64,000 bases of DNA from Pavona decussata (Eukaryota), in NCBI GenBank assembly GCA_977016875.1, contig CDRNST010000227.1:62001-126000 (forward strand), in the 5' to 3' direction. Numbering within the stretch: position 1 is the stretch's first letter; the number at the start of each line of letters is the position of its first letter. Shown here piece by piece: positions 47,901-62,900 of the stretch. The notes under the pieces are model-generated. The model was not told where the DNA came from, did no database searches, and was given only the letters and a program-made list of their open reading frames with translations. A program made the position numbers and the translations under genes.

Positions 47901-50900
47901 GAAACATTTTGCGTAAGATGCTATCCCTCGATCAGAGCTGGAAGCTTTTCAAGCTATTTTAACCCATAGGATTCACTCTGACGAAGGGCTAAGGCACGAA
48001 GCGTTAGCACCCGAAACTTTGTAAGGTGGCCAAATGACCTTACCAACTGTTGATAAAACCAAACATTTATTTGAACATACACTGGAAGCTGGAGCTCTGA
48101 TCATGGTTTAACCGCAGAGAATGAAACATGGAAGGGTGGGTATCACTGTTTCGGGGTTTTGTTCCGCGGGATAAAATTTGAAACCTTTAACAACAGATTG
48201 GTTCATTAGCGCGCGCAAAGACAAATTCACTTAAATACCCCAGGCAAAAATCATTCAAAATTTTCGGTTGCGTTCCACGTTTTCCCTCATATACTCAAAT
48301 TTTATAATGAGTATACATCTGTCCCTTAGTCCTTTTGAAAAGAAATACTTTATTATGTGTTTCGACCTTTCAAACGTACTCTTAAAATTCAAAAATGTTT
48401 TCAAAACTGCATTGTGGTCAAAAAAATGAAAACAAAGACTTGTTGATATTTTACGTTGCACAACAGGTGAAACTGTGCTATAAAAACGAAATCGCAATAG
48501 TCTGGAGGAGTAAAACAGATAGAAAAGTGGACATCTGGAAGAAATATTTAGGAAAACTTCTCGCCAATGCCTTTTTAAAAACATAATAGCCAGTATGAAG
48601 CAGGTTTTACAGTCATTTTCACCATTGACTGTTTCGCAAAGGATTGCTGTCTGAAAAAATGTGTCAAGACACCCACCACACGTGCTAAGCCATTGTAATG
48701 CATCTCGCCGTTGTGGTGTGCTTAAACATCTTCAGTATTACAGTCAAATAGCGAATCATGGAATGTGCCGCACGCTTTAAAGTGTGTGGGCGACCTTTGT
48801 AGCCGTCTCAGCACCATTGACTGTCATAGGTGACAATTGCCTGTTTGCTATTTTGTCTGGATTGAGTGCGAACATTCAAGACATGTCTAAGAGTTATCAC
48901 CACTTCTTCCGTAGAAACAAAACTTTTCTGCCATACAATGTCAGTCCGACGCCTTTTTTCTTTGTGTTATTTCACTGTGTTCCTCGTTCAGTCATTCTGA
49001 TTCGGAAGTTTGTTTGCCCTTATTTTTTAGACGTAAGAATCTAACATCTCATACGCGGCGGGCATGAGAGAGCGTTGTTTTGCCTTCTCTAGCGTTTAAA
49101 TCTCTTTCTTTGATGCAAGAGGAAGCTTTAAGTTCCGCGACATCAACTTTGATTTCCAATTCTCTTGAAGAATTAAAAGAGAAGGTTTCCAGAACATTCT
49201 TTACCAATTCTTCTCCCGCAGAGTTGGTTCTTCTGTTTGTCTGTCATATTATATTTCTTCGCGAGATCATTTTTTTCTTCTTCTCCTACAAAGCCGCGGA
49301 CTCTTCGCTTAATTTTTATACATTTATTTTTTACTTGTTTGGTAATCACTTTTTCCGTTAAAAACCGTTGCTTTACTCTACCGAAAAAAGAAAAGAAAAA
49401 GGAAAAATTAAGTGTGCTCGCAAAATCTGCCGTCCACATCGAAGCGACGTACAGTGGCTGCGCAATGCGTGGAATCTCATGCCCCGCATGCCAGTTGTAT
49501 CATGAGCTTGCACCTGGCCGAAAAAAGTAGGCTCTTAACAGACTCTGTAAGAAATGGTCTGTGGTGTCACTTTAAGCCAGAGAGCGTGAGATGGCTGTTA
49601 ATGACGAGCTTCGTTGACGTCCTTTCACGAGTAAAGGTAGAGCGTCTACCACAATCACAACGAGAGAGTCCCAGTACCAAAGCCTGTAACTTGACTCTGC
49701 TCTCCAAGAGTGGGCCCGCAGAGTCCCGACGCTCTGACGAACTGATGCGCTAACGTTGGTTTTTCAAAGAAATTCGAGAGCTGACTTTTCGAGCGTTAGC
49801 CCTTCGTCTAACGGTCTCGAATCTCTTTATGGTGGCCAAATAAAACCAAACATTCGTTTTCACTCCCCCACCGACGCAGCACGCAAGTTTCTTTAGAAAG
49901 TAAACCGCTTATATAAATTAGTAACCGATTTCATCGCTTCCAAGGACCGCCGCCATTTTCAACATCAAATTTGTGATTTTCCGCAAATTTACGAACAACG
50001 CGAAGTGCGCACATGCTTTCTGAAGTTTTCCTTTCGTGGAAATGGTTTTGAAAGTTTTTTAGAAGTTCAAATGCAGTCATCAAACGGCTGTAGTGGATAA
50101 AGGCGACACGACATTATAATTACAAATATTAACCACTACTTAGCATTCATTCCAGACAACATAATATTTATCGTCCGCAAAAAGGAGAACCCTTGAAAAA
50201 TATCACGTAAATTTTCTCACTTTTTTACGCTGCAAAATGTAAAAAGAAAACTAATACGGGGAGAGGGCAACAGCGAACGATACTACAGAGAAAAAAAACC
50301 TAAGAGAAAAATAGAATCGTCCACGAACACAACAACAGCAGGGTGCGTGTGAGCACAGAGCAGGTGATGGCACTCACTGCACCTAATTGAGCTTCAATTA
50401 GCTCGTACGCATGCGTCTTACACTTTTGATACAAGCTCCGTGAAGGGAAAGCTGTTTTTAACCAAAACAGTACAATCCAAATATTAAGAAACGAAATGAA
50501 CGGCGCGTGTGTCTATGCTTACAAATAAACCCACTCACAAATGACTTTCATTAACGTTTAATATAAATGAAGTTATCTCCTTTTGATTTCAGTTGTAAAA
50601 AGGTATTCTCGTAAATAAAAACAAAACATCTCGAAAAAAGCTTTTTAAAATACATATACAAAATCGAAGAGCTCTTAAGATCCATGACATATGTATCATA
50701 CTCAAGAGTGGTATTATCAGTCATGTCATGTAGGCTTTTTTGTTGAGTCTACGGTCGACATGACCAATAAAAAGTAGCTGACGAGTGGACTCAGGTGGCA
50801 TTGATAATTACGCTTAAAAATGCAAGCTGTTTTAATTTGTGAATACCTCAGACTAAGTTCATTGAAATGTAAAAAAAGCCTTCCTTTAAGTGCCCTTTGT

Positions 50901-53900
50901 TTTTATACTTTGCAAACTAAATAGGGCGTGGAAGCGTTCTTTCTATTTTAAAAGTCATGTACAAAATCAATTTTCCGATTCAGACTTCCTTGTTACAAGC
51001 CAATGCCAGCCCTTTTATTCCTTTTGTCACTCCCACAATCCAACCTTGTCTGACAAGTACAGTTCATTTCACAGTTATTTCCGAGTCTTTTCAAGAATTG
51101 AATACAGATTCGAAGAAAATGAAAAACCCTAAATTGTTCCTTCCAGTTGTTTACGGAAGAAAACAAGATTATGGATGGTACATATCCATGAATACGCAAG
51201 CAGGTTGAGGCTGAAAGCTGTTTCCAGATGATTAATTTGAAAAACATTCGCTCATGCTTATCACAAGAGCCATTCACTGTCAGCCAGTTATTGCTAACTG
51301 ACAATGAATCACCTCACACCTAACGACAGTAAATAATTCAGTCGATAAAACTGAATTTTAATCGGAGCTAAGCGAATTTAATGACCGGTAAGTTCAATCG
51401 AATGCAGTGCTTATCAAATGGGCAAACTCTAAGTTTATCCGATAATATCAATCCTGAATTATCTGCATGAGAAAAGCGTTTTTAATAGCGTGTGCCATTT
51501 TATTTTCCACAGACCGCTTGACTTCACTTCCGTTGTTTTAGAAGAGCGACTTTTGTAGCTGCCGATTTATCGCAAACTAAGGTAGGTCCTATCGGCCGCA
51601 AAACGTTTTCGACACACTTGGGTGCTGCGATTAAGCAAGCACGGTAGGAAATGAGTGCAAGTCTGTATGCACGCAAAACAAAAGGATATTCTTCAGCCAA
51701 AGAAAATAACGCAAAAAATTAATTAAGGAACAACAACAAAAAAACCCAAGCCAACCCATACATATCTATTTTTTGTTACAAAAGCAAAAGCTGTCAGCTC
51801 GGCCGAACGCTGAAGGCAAGGGCACATTATAAAACATAGGATTTGACGCGAAGGAGGTAAAAGGAAGCTGAATTTAAAACTACAATAGATCAACTAGCGA
51901 GTGCTATATGAATCCAATTAAGAGGTTTACATGTACTGGGCTACGAGAATTGAATAAATGAAAAAGAATTTTAAGGTAACAAAAGAGATTGCCTTGCGTT
52001 TCCGATCGAGGCGAAAGCAAAACAAAAGATGGCAAATAAATGTGTGGAAGTTTATGTTTAAAAGCACATTACCGCTTTCACTAACCGTGACGATAGGAAA
52101 TTTATCACAATTAACTGACCTGTCAAGCTGAAAATAGCCACAGGGTGTTTATAAGAAAATGACAAGTGTTTCTCTTCGACTGCATATCAGTTACGTCCAC
52201 AGACTGAGAGATAGCCATTCGACCTTTTTGGGGTAAAATAATTAAGCTTGTGCTGACGCACACGTAAATGAGCGTTGAAGAAATACATAAATAGCGTGTT
52301 AGAGTTCTAACTGCACATTCAGTCAGAGAGGTAGGCGGCTCAAAAACAGCGTTACCATTTTGGAATTGTTTGAGCTCTGTTAACACTTTTTTTACCTTTT
52401 TCATAGCGGACGCCACTTGACGCTTATTCAGTTAGGGGAAAACACTGGGAGAACTAACAAAAGAAACATTGGGGCAACAACAAGCTAAAGGAGACTGGAC
52501 CTAGGGCTTTGCTGCATTTTCACTCGAGAAGAAATAATCATGGATAATACAACACAAGTAGCCGGAGAAAATGAGTATGACAACAACGACACGGAGATTG
52601 AGGGCTCGGCTTCAGGGAGTTGGGAACATTCGGGAGAAGAGATGACGGAGTTTAGCGCGGAATTCGACACATTTCCAATCGTGCTGGCTTGTTGCATCAT
52701 CGCCATTAACCTGACCGTTATAATCCTGTTTATTCGAAACCGCTCTCTTAAAAGTGTCACCAACTCGTTTCTCGTAAGTCTGGCGGCTAGTGACCTGCTG
52801 GCCGGCCTGCTCGGTATTCCACTGTCTATCAGCTGCTCCGTGTTTGGAGACAACAACTTTTGCCCGCCCGCGCAGTTGATATGGCGATTTATATCTGTGT
52901 CCACGGTACTACACATCCTACTTGTCTCTGTGGACCGCTATATAGCGATAAAATACGCTATGCGATACTACAACATCGTCACGCAGACAGTGTTCTTTGT
53001 ACTCACGACCCTCGCGTGGACCACAGCTGCATTTGTGTCCCTTATTCAATTGTCCTGGCGCGCAAACGCCAGCATAGACGAAGAAGAAGAGACGAATACA
53101 GCTCAGGTCATATACGATCTGACTATTTTCGCTCTGTTTTTCGCCTTGCCACTTTGCGTAATGGCTTTCACGTATGGTCGCATTTTTATCACGGTACGAT
53201 ACCACGAGCGGCAGATTTGGCGATATCACAGCCCCTCGGACCCTGAACATGCATGCGCGGAGCACAACAGAGCTCAGCGCAAGACAGCCATCATCTTCCT
53301 AGTCATGTTGATCGTGTTCATAGTTTGCTGGCTTCCGTACTTTATCTTGAGCTTTCAAGAGGAGTTCGGTCACGGTGACGCCCTTCCAGTCTGGGTTCTG
53401 TATGTCTTCTACTACTACACGCGCTTTTTTACTTCGCTATCCAACCCTTTGCTATACGTTCTTGGGAAGAGAGATTTTAGAGAGGCGCTGATTCAAGCAA
53501 TATGCAAGAAAAACAAAGCCAGAAGTGAGAGCCGAGGGAGTACGACATTGACGGCTTTGTATGGAATGGAGCAAAGTAATAGCGCGGTAACAAGCACTTA
53601 AAGGAGCTATGTCGTGGGCCGGGCATTTTTAGTCTTCGAGTCAAAACTATGATGAAATTAAAAAATGCTCGTTAAACCAAAGAAGAAGATATCAATTGCT
53701 TTCTCTAAAAGAAGAACAGACCATTAACAGTTCTTAGCGATGTTTAGAAGAAAAGGGGAAGAGCTGGAAAAATATTGGCCAAATTTTTCAAGCTGCAATA
53801 CATTTCCATCCTGGCCATTGGCAGCCAAAGACACTTTTAAATAATTGCAGTACCCAAGTATGATAAAATGCGACAAGACTGCAGTATAATTTTTAAGTTT

Positions 53901-56900
53901 CCAATGGTCAAGGTTTAACTTCCGGCTTTTCAAAGTGTTACTAAAAATAGACTGTGCCATCTTCTTGTGTTGTTTAACTGGCGCCTTTATGTAAGTGAAA
54001 AAATATGTACAATAGCACTGGTAAGCAGACAGTATAAACTTCGCCTTTGTATATTGAAAGTAAGTTTGGAAATTGTTTTGAACAAGCTTTGAATAGCTAC
54101 TCTATTTTAGTGTCCCCAATTAGTTGTAGTAGCTTAATCAACAGTGCTTCTGACACTAATATTAAATCATCTATCCTCTCATTCTTGATCGGGTGATTCG
54201 TTCATCAGCGTTTGGGGCAGATGTCATTACTGCCTCGTAATTCCGGTCCTTATGGCAGTGGCAAGGGGCTCTATTTTTCCTTCCTATACTTGTGTGCCGT
54301 TAGCGCATCTCTTGATTCTTACTTGCTGTGCACTGCTAGAGGCGTGTCAATCTCATGTCCCTTGGCCGAACGCATAAAGAAAGCTCGCCACCACTCAAGG
54401 TAACTGACAAACCGGAAGCTTTAAAACGACATGTTCTGTACTTTTGTCCAAGTAAGTTTTTGGCCGCAGAATATTGTACAAGAACTAAAGAGTTCGCCGG
54501 TCGACTTCTACGAAGAACTTTACATTTGTCAAGACCATCATTTTCCTTTGAAGTTGTAAATTAGCACGTTGATTAGAGGGAAATGTGCAAAATTGAATCC
54601 TAAATTGTCACAAACGCCTCAACGTCTGGACAAAGCGAATTCCGGATGTTAGCATAACAAATACTGACGGGCATTTTTAATCATAACTAAGATTCGGTGA
54701 AAGAATAGATGGCTCTAGAATATCGCCCCACGATAGTGTTCAAGTGATTTGTAATTATCAACACGGAACGTAACAAACGCGAATGCGATGAGCACGTGTC
54801 AAGTGAGTAAAGCCGAAACACACTCTCACATCACAAAAAGTTGCCATTGCGTGTCAAAGAACTATTACTTAAACAACAGGCGGTAAAAGCATTGCGACCA
54901 ATTTCCAGATAAAATAAGTAATTACACTTATCAAGGCCTATTTGATTACGAGAAATCTCTCACTATCTATAAATGCGTGTCATTCTCAGAGCCGGAATGT
55001 AAGACCCCCATAGAGGCCAGCCTTCATTTTAGTTTAACGCTTGACTTTTTCCCTACGGCGATTTTTAAGTGTGAAAACATACAAGATTAAAATCAGCCAT
55101 AATACGATAAAATGGACAATGCTTTCAGCGTATTCTCTCGCTTTTGTCTAGTTGGATTAAGGAGTCCTTGTCTTTATAGGTGTAAGAAAGAAAAAGTTGT
55201 TTTAATAATATACATGAATAAAAGCGAGGCTTCAAAATTTAGCGGTACTTCTCGAGACCTTTTAGGGGTAAAAACAGCAAAAATAAATCCTTGAGACATT
55301 ACAGGGATAAAAAGAGCGAGCATGCCGTTCCCTTTGAACGCAAGGCAGGTTACCGATCTTTCAGGCTAAGAAATCTTTTCCCTTCCCAGCCTATCTCGCA
55401 AGCGTTCCCCTGGAGTTTTTGGTGATTTTTTTCTTTTGATCGCGCGAAAACTTTTTCCTCCTGATTCAACTTTTCCGCATCGAAACCTGGAAATTGCTTG
55501 TTACGCACACTTAAACGAGACTAAATAAGTGATGTGGTAAAAACCACTCGAAGGAGAGGATGTATTTACATCACTTACTTGAGTTTATCTGAAGGTATAT
55601 CTGTTTCTGGGAAAGGAGCATCTTTAAAGAATACATAATCCCACACTTGCCGAGTCATTTGTTCAGCTCTGAAAAACAAAATAAAACACAATTCAGCAGG
55701 CAAAAACGCATTTCAATATGTTTTATATGGCTAGGAGACCTTGAAGATACAAGCAGCAGTTTAGGAAAAAAATCAAAACCTTTCGTAATTTGTTTCAAGA
55801 AATGCGACTTCGCTTACTGCTGCTGTACACGTTCCCGTTGGCTTTTAGATTGGTTTTCTTAATTTAATTTTATTTAATTTATTTCATGTCTTTTTGTCAT
55901 TTTGTCCTACTTTATTGAACTCTTTTTTCACTCCAAAGAACATAAATTTTAAGGTATATGCTTCTTGCATGCGACGACTTGACGCTAGGATTTCGGGACT
56001 GAAAAGGAACACCTTCATTATCTCGTTTATCTCAAGATTGTGTAGCATGGGTGTGTTGCTATACAGCTGGCCCCGGTTGCTCAAGGAGCGGATAACTCCA
56101 TCCAGCAGATAAATCGCTATCCAGCAGTGATGCTAAACACCCAGACACCTAAATAAAGTATTCATTGATTCATTCAAAATGTATTCCAACCAATAGATTT
56201 TATCCGCTGGATAGCGACTTATCCGCTCTTTGACTTGACAACTCGGGTCTGGTCTTCATCACGTGATGGTGTCGACTGGCTCTGTATCACCGTGGTTGAT
56301 GGTGATTGGTGCATTTTGATCCACGCTTTGGTTGTTCGATCCTCGTTTTTTAATACCCTCGTTTTGATGGATCTACGCGAATACCACAAACAGACCACAT
56401 GCGCGAGTACAGATGTCTTTTTTAAATTTCTTCCCCTTGGGAAGAAGACAGACAAGTAGATAAGGAGCATTTTAATCAGATATTTTAAGAATTCAGTAAT
56501 GGTCAGTAATATATTTTCTTTTTTTTTTTTTTTAAGTAATATATTTTCTACCAGCGGCGACTTGCAGGCGACTTCATCAAAACGAAACTACCACAAAAAA
56601 TAAACCTACAAAGTAGTCCTTCAAACGTCATCATTCTAGAAACCAGTAACGATGATGTTCATGTATGCGATCCTGCTGAAGACACTTTATTTGAGAGCAA
56701 AGGCAATCGTCTAGAACTGTGTGATAACTCGCGGCGCAAGGAACGTTGACGATCCAAGTCGGGGAGGGTCAAGGAAAAATCTCAAATTCATTAATAATTC
56801 AAAAGCCAAAGACAAAGGACATCATGGACCGTGACGTGTCTGGATATCTGATGAAAAACTCCTTGTTTTGCATCCTTAATTTCCCCTTCAAAATCAGTCT

Positions 56901-59900
56901 GTTTGAGAAGTTATATCAAACACTCGTCACAGTGTTTCACCACATTATCAAAAACTTCGAAGTTCGTCAAAAATACTCCGCTAGGTCGTATTTTCGACTC
57001 TCTTCCCCGTGATTGATATGTGATGAAACACTGTGTCTCGTGTTTGATATATTACTTGAAAACTCCAATGCCAGAACGAAGGGGGAGTTACATAATGATT
57101 CGTTTGTGTACGAAATAATGAACATTTTCTTCACGTCTGAAAAGGGTGAAATGTTTCATTGACAGAACGAAACAACCTCACCCAAAACGAAAATTCATGA
57201 AATAAACCGCTTTAGACGCTTTAGTTTGACGAGTGTAACGCTTTCAAAAGTTCTTGCCCCTTGAATCCTTGATAAAAATGGACTTAACAAATATTAATTT
57301 TTGGAGGAAGGAAACTTGAAAATGTGCTGTAACGGTCAAGAGGACAACAAATAAGACACTCGACCACATGCGTCACTCACAAGTGCTATATAACATTTAA
57401 ATGGGTGGAGGTCAAGGCAATTTTTCAGTACCTTCTGTAATTACAACATGAAAATAGACTATTCCGTCAGTGGTTAAATCTGAGATGATCCATAAGTTTT
57501 GTATTTTTTTAAGAAAGTTTTACTTTTGAATTTGGAGTAGTTGGCTTTTAAAGACGAAAAAGAAAAAGAAGAAAGAAAAAAAAAGCTACGATTTTAACGG
57601 TCAAATTACTTCGGATCGCCAAAACAGATTACGCGAATGAGCAGGGAACACCGTCAGATGTTTCCCCATTGTATTTTCTGCTTCCATTTTGCGCGAAATC
57701 CCTGTTGACTTGGACGACAATCTCGGCCTTGAGCGGCTTTCAACGTGGCGCTTTCAGACATCATAATAAAAACTTGCCCCTAAGGCCTGAGGCAAACGTC
57801 GAATCTTTGTCGAACTTAATTCGTCGAACCTATTAATTTTGAAATAGGCGCATAAATGGTGCGACGTTTGCCGCAATTAAGTTCGATTCAAATTAATTGG
57901 TTCGACTCTGCGACTTCAGAATAAGCTTGACTTGCCAAGTCGGATAATGCGACAGTGGTTCGGCGTTTCAGCAAACGCCGTTCTAAACACGCGCTGAACT
58001 CAATTCATAAATCATGCAAATTACAAAATAATTGATTCAAATGTGATGGACTGCGCAAACGTCACAAAAATACCGACTCCCCCACCTGCCAAATGCTATT
58101 TCTCCCCCTGAAGAGCATACGCTGTACAAAGACAATTTCGCGACCGGAAATGGCGAGCTATCGAAAGTCATTGCTGACATCGCACAGCGTGATGGAAATG
58201 TGTTTTTTGTGTTTCATGAACACTAAATATAAATGTTTGTAATGCGAATTGCCTATTTGCAATAAATGCTCAGTGTTTGAGTCTTCTCTTTCTATTTTTC
58301 GCAATTAATTGCCAAAGAAAGGCCCGACAAGCACTGTATTTCGGCATTTCGCTTGCAAGTCCTAGCAGTAACCAGCCGCGCATCGAGTGAATAACACGGG
58401 GACACGTGCTTATTCCCGTCTTTTAATGAAGTGCAATGTGTCAATAAATTAGGATCGACGCGCGCAGGTTCGACGTTTGCTACCACGCTGGAATTAAGTC
58501 GAGCCTATTTTTAATAAATTCGACGCGACTTAGATTCGACGTTTGCCCCAGGCCTTAGTTTCGGTAAATGGAAGGAGTTAGCAGACAACACACCTACTAG
58601 CTGTTTCCTTTTAACAATAAGTTATTCGTCGAGTTGATTTTACGTCCTATACGTAGACTCATGAATAATTTATGATATTGATTAAATTCCAATTAAATTA
58701 ATATAAAGTTTATGACAGATCGAGTGACCGAGCAAGTGATAATTTTCCGACATCAGATAACCCGTTCATTGCGCATAACAGAAAGCAATCACCTGTCGAT
58801 CGGCATAAACCAATGTCCATTTTGTTGTTGTTGTTGTTGTTGTTGTTATTTTGTTGTTTTTTTTTTTTTTTTGGGGGGGGGGGGCGTAACTTTATCATCC
58901 AAGATCTTTATACACGGGTAGAAGGTTCAGCAAATAAAATTTTCCCGCCGTTACTTTTCACCCCAGTGCGGCAGGGGACATTGTAATCCAGGTCTTGTTC
59001 AGTTGTCCCAATGGCTTGTCGTCTTATGTTGTTTTATCTTTTTTGGCCGATGTTAATGTCATTTTCTCTGAAGTTTACAGGATACGTGAACAGCTTGGAA
59101 ATTAACTTTCGTACAGCTGTTTACGCTTAGAATGATATAGGCATTATTTTTCCATTCTTCATTGCCACAGCTCGATCAAGAAAAGGACATTTAGCGAGGC
59201 ATACAAACTACCTATATGGTGTCCAAGGCGAGCCAGATGCTTTATGACAAGATAACATACATTGGGCGGGTTACTTCTTGTCACTCAACACGTTCTACCC
59301 TGCTTGTTGTTTGCTCACATTAAAGAAGGTGGAGGAGCACCTTTTGGCTAAACTGTCGCGTCACCTTCAAACCCTCGATCCCAGGCCTTTCTCGGTTTAC
59401 AAGGGAAAGTCCTGGGAACGAGGTTGTTGACTCAGTTCAAGAATTTTCTAAGCCCCTCGCTTCTGATCTTTAAGTCCGATAGTCTGTAGATGAAACTCTA
59501 AAATGTGATTTGGATAACACTGTCCCCTGATACCGTATAAACTTTCAAATTAAAGACCATTTAATGGCAGTTTTTTAAACGACCTTATCACGATATAAAG
59601 GAATCATGGGTAATGGGACAACATGGTGGAAAAAACTGAAGTTTTTATGAGACTTAAAAGCCAAATGATCTTATTTCTGACGCTTATTTTTGAATTTTTC
59701 TTCATTAAAGCCTAACATATGGGTCCAAAGAAAAAAAAGAATAAATTTTGGAACCGAAACCGTTCACTTGAACGCGCTTTTTACCTACGTATCGTTACAG
59801 GAAATATATGAGAAAAACATGTTTGGAAATTAAAAAATAAAAACAGAGTAACTTAATTCTGTTATTTCTTTGAATTTGTACGTTAGGTTTGGAACGAAAA

Positions 59901-62900
59901 AACTCATAGAAGCCTATACATTTTTCATCCTGTTGACCCGAGTACCAATAATGCTTTTAGTACCGTGATAAGGCTTATGGATGCTGTACCTTATTCCCAG
60001 GGGCCCGCCGGCGGATCCATCAAAGGACCCTTCCTGCAGTAAGTGTGCGACTGTGTAGTAGGCATTGTAGATTGTTGAATCTGAGAGAGACTCAATCAGA
60101 TATTGTTCATCCCAAGGAAGACGAGTCCCTGTTGAGAAACATACAGCAAAATAACTCCAAGATTCCACCGTGTATTGTTTTCCTAACTTGTGCTTTAACC
60201 GTTATAGAATCTCGCATGTGCAGTTTTCTTGTTTGTCACTTTCATCAACATAACTTCCCGTGGCGCCATACTCTATGTATTGTTCCAATTTTTGCTCCCT
60301 AACCTCTTGAAAGAAAAAGGCGCACAAATATCTCTGGTGATAAGTAATGATAATTGGACCGAGTGGAGTACCATTCAGAGTAGTCGGGAAAACCCCTGAA
60401 TTGTACGACACGAGGTCCGATATTTAAAAGTCGAGGTTAGGAAGTCTGAGAAAACTCTTTTTAGTGAAAATGTCAGCAATTTATTCAATCAGTTTTACAA
60501 AACGGTACGGAGACAGCAAGAAAGAACAATTAAATGCACGTTATTGACGCGTGAATGACTAAGTGTCCTATTATAAGTATCCAATAAGTTCAAATTAGAT
60601 AACCGTGATGGCGGGGAATAAGCGCGCGGGGAACCAGTCCAATTGTTATTGGTACGATTACGCATAGTAATAGGGTCGAATGGCAAGAGTCGTAAACGAA
60701 TAACCAACAATACAAACTACTCGTGGTATATTCACGGCCTTTGCGTCGGACGAACAGGTCGTAATCTTCCTTAACTCCATCTTTATTTAGCAGTAAACGG
60801 TGTAAGCACGAGCTGAACGCGAGTGTTACTAAAACTTTTCACTGCAGTTCCAAGCAACACGGCGGTTTATACAGGCATCTATCATGCGATTATAGAAGCA
60901 ACTTTTTTGGGCAACCATTTCCAACCACCTGTGTACACTCCCAACGATTTGCGCTGCAAGTTTCAGGGATTTTAAGGTTTAAAATTGCACATAAAACATA
61001 TCAAAGACAGCTTTTATACTGACACTGTATCCAGTTGCTCCCGTCGCATAAAAATCACAATCAAGCCAGATTACCGTTTACACATGGAACAAAAACCACA
61101 TGTGTAAAAGCCCGTTATGATAACTCAATGGAAGAATGAAAAGTTATCAATTCAAGTTCCTTGGATGAAAGAATACTACCTGTTTTTCAACCAATCAAAG
61201 CGCAAGTACTGATTATCTCTGACTATTCACGATCATAAAAATGCTGTTTAACGGCCTGTGAATTGATGCCAGTTTTTCGTGCCAACAAAGCACAAATCAG
61301 CTCAGAAGGATCCATTGGTGACAACTTTCAAAAGACAGTCAAGTCTTCATAAACAACATATATCTTCATCACAGCTGATATAAATTCCAATCAATCACGC
61401 CAAAATATGGTTGCTAACTGTGCTTGTATTAGGACGCCAGTCCCTCCGCACAAAGTGACCTGTTTGTTTGAGGCCAATCTGAATACCGATCGTGTATTTA
61501 CTAATCAGACATAGTAAATGGTTTGTCCATCGGACCCAACAAATGCATAAATATTTATCAACTCACCGAGACCATACGACCTTGAACACGCATGCTCGTG
61601 AATCCAATCCAGTGTAGCTTCAAAGTTTCGTCTGGTTTCCTCCGCGTATCTTTGAAGAAAAATCACGCGGTGGTCAAGTAAGGGGTCAAGCTTTGCATGA
61701 AGTGGGAACTGCTGTATTCCCCACCCACCCACCCCCGCTCCCGCTCCCGCCCCCGCCCCCTGAGTGCGATGCTAGTTCGTCGCGATGCAAACCCCAGCTG
61801 GTCACCATCGTTTTCACCCACGTGACCAGAAAAAAAGCAGCATAGCGCGAGGGATGCCAAGGAATTTCTCTACCACTAATGGCACGCAAATTTCTTAATT
61901 TGCATCTGCAAGCTCTGAAAGCAAACGGTAGGTGAGCGAACAAAGCCTGAAGGAGCATAGCTCAGTTTGTCCCAGGCTACAGTACCAAGCCAAACAAAAT
62001 TTCTGTCATTAAAGTAGCCTGTGGGGTCATGGCATAGAGCAGTTTTCAATTCAATGTTGCAAGTAATTTGCGTTTGCTTTTGTTTTCTTTACTTCTTTCT
62101 GTGATTGGCTAACAAAACTCCCGCCACTTTTTCCACCAATGAGAACCAATCATAGCAAGCTTCCTTGCACACGTTTGCCCGCGCTTGGTGCAGGTTAAAT
62201 GTATTTACTTTGAATTCTAGTTGGTTCGTTGCGCTGTTTACGCTTTTTGCGATTGACCAGAATAATTACTTTGATTTTGGTTTTACGACACTCAATTGAA
62301 CACCGCTGTATCTGATTCAGTTTAACGGATGTTTGGTTTTGCATTATTGCCATAATATGTACCTTAAGCCACGCGATTAAAACTATCACCAAAACTATTT
62401 CTCGTGAAGTTAAGTGACGATGCTTTCACAGCTCAGAAGGATCCATTGGTTAAACGTCTCACGAGACCACTTGAGTCCTCAGTTCAAATTAAAGCTTCAT
62501 CATCGCCGTGAATGGTGTACAGTCATTGCTTTTCAGCCCGCCCTCTTTGTTTCAAACCGTTCAACCAGCCGAAGAGCAATACTACTACAAATTTCACTGC
62601 ACTCTTACCTTCGCGCAAGCACAGCTCCTCCCCCCACCCCACCCCCTCGGAGCAATATACATCAGTTACTACACAAACAGCAAATAATTTACGAAGTTTA
62701 GTGGTCAACCGATTGGACTTTATCCAAAGTTACCAGCATTGAGTATTACGCAGAGAGTTACGTATCAGCTTGGTGTGACGCAGAAGTAAGATGTAAACGA
62801 ATGGTTATTAAACACATGGACAAAGAAACAAGCTATTGACACAAAGAAACAAGCTATTGACACAAAGAAATGCTATCACTTACGTATTTAAATCTTTCAA

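Noticed and set aside
48780-49300. Coding-looking stretch in the large LARS intron
   Set aside because: Short frames with stops and no recognisable motif; possibly an old TE relic but unsupported.
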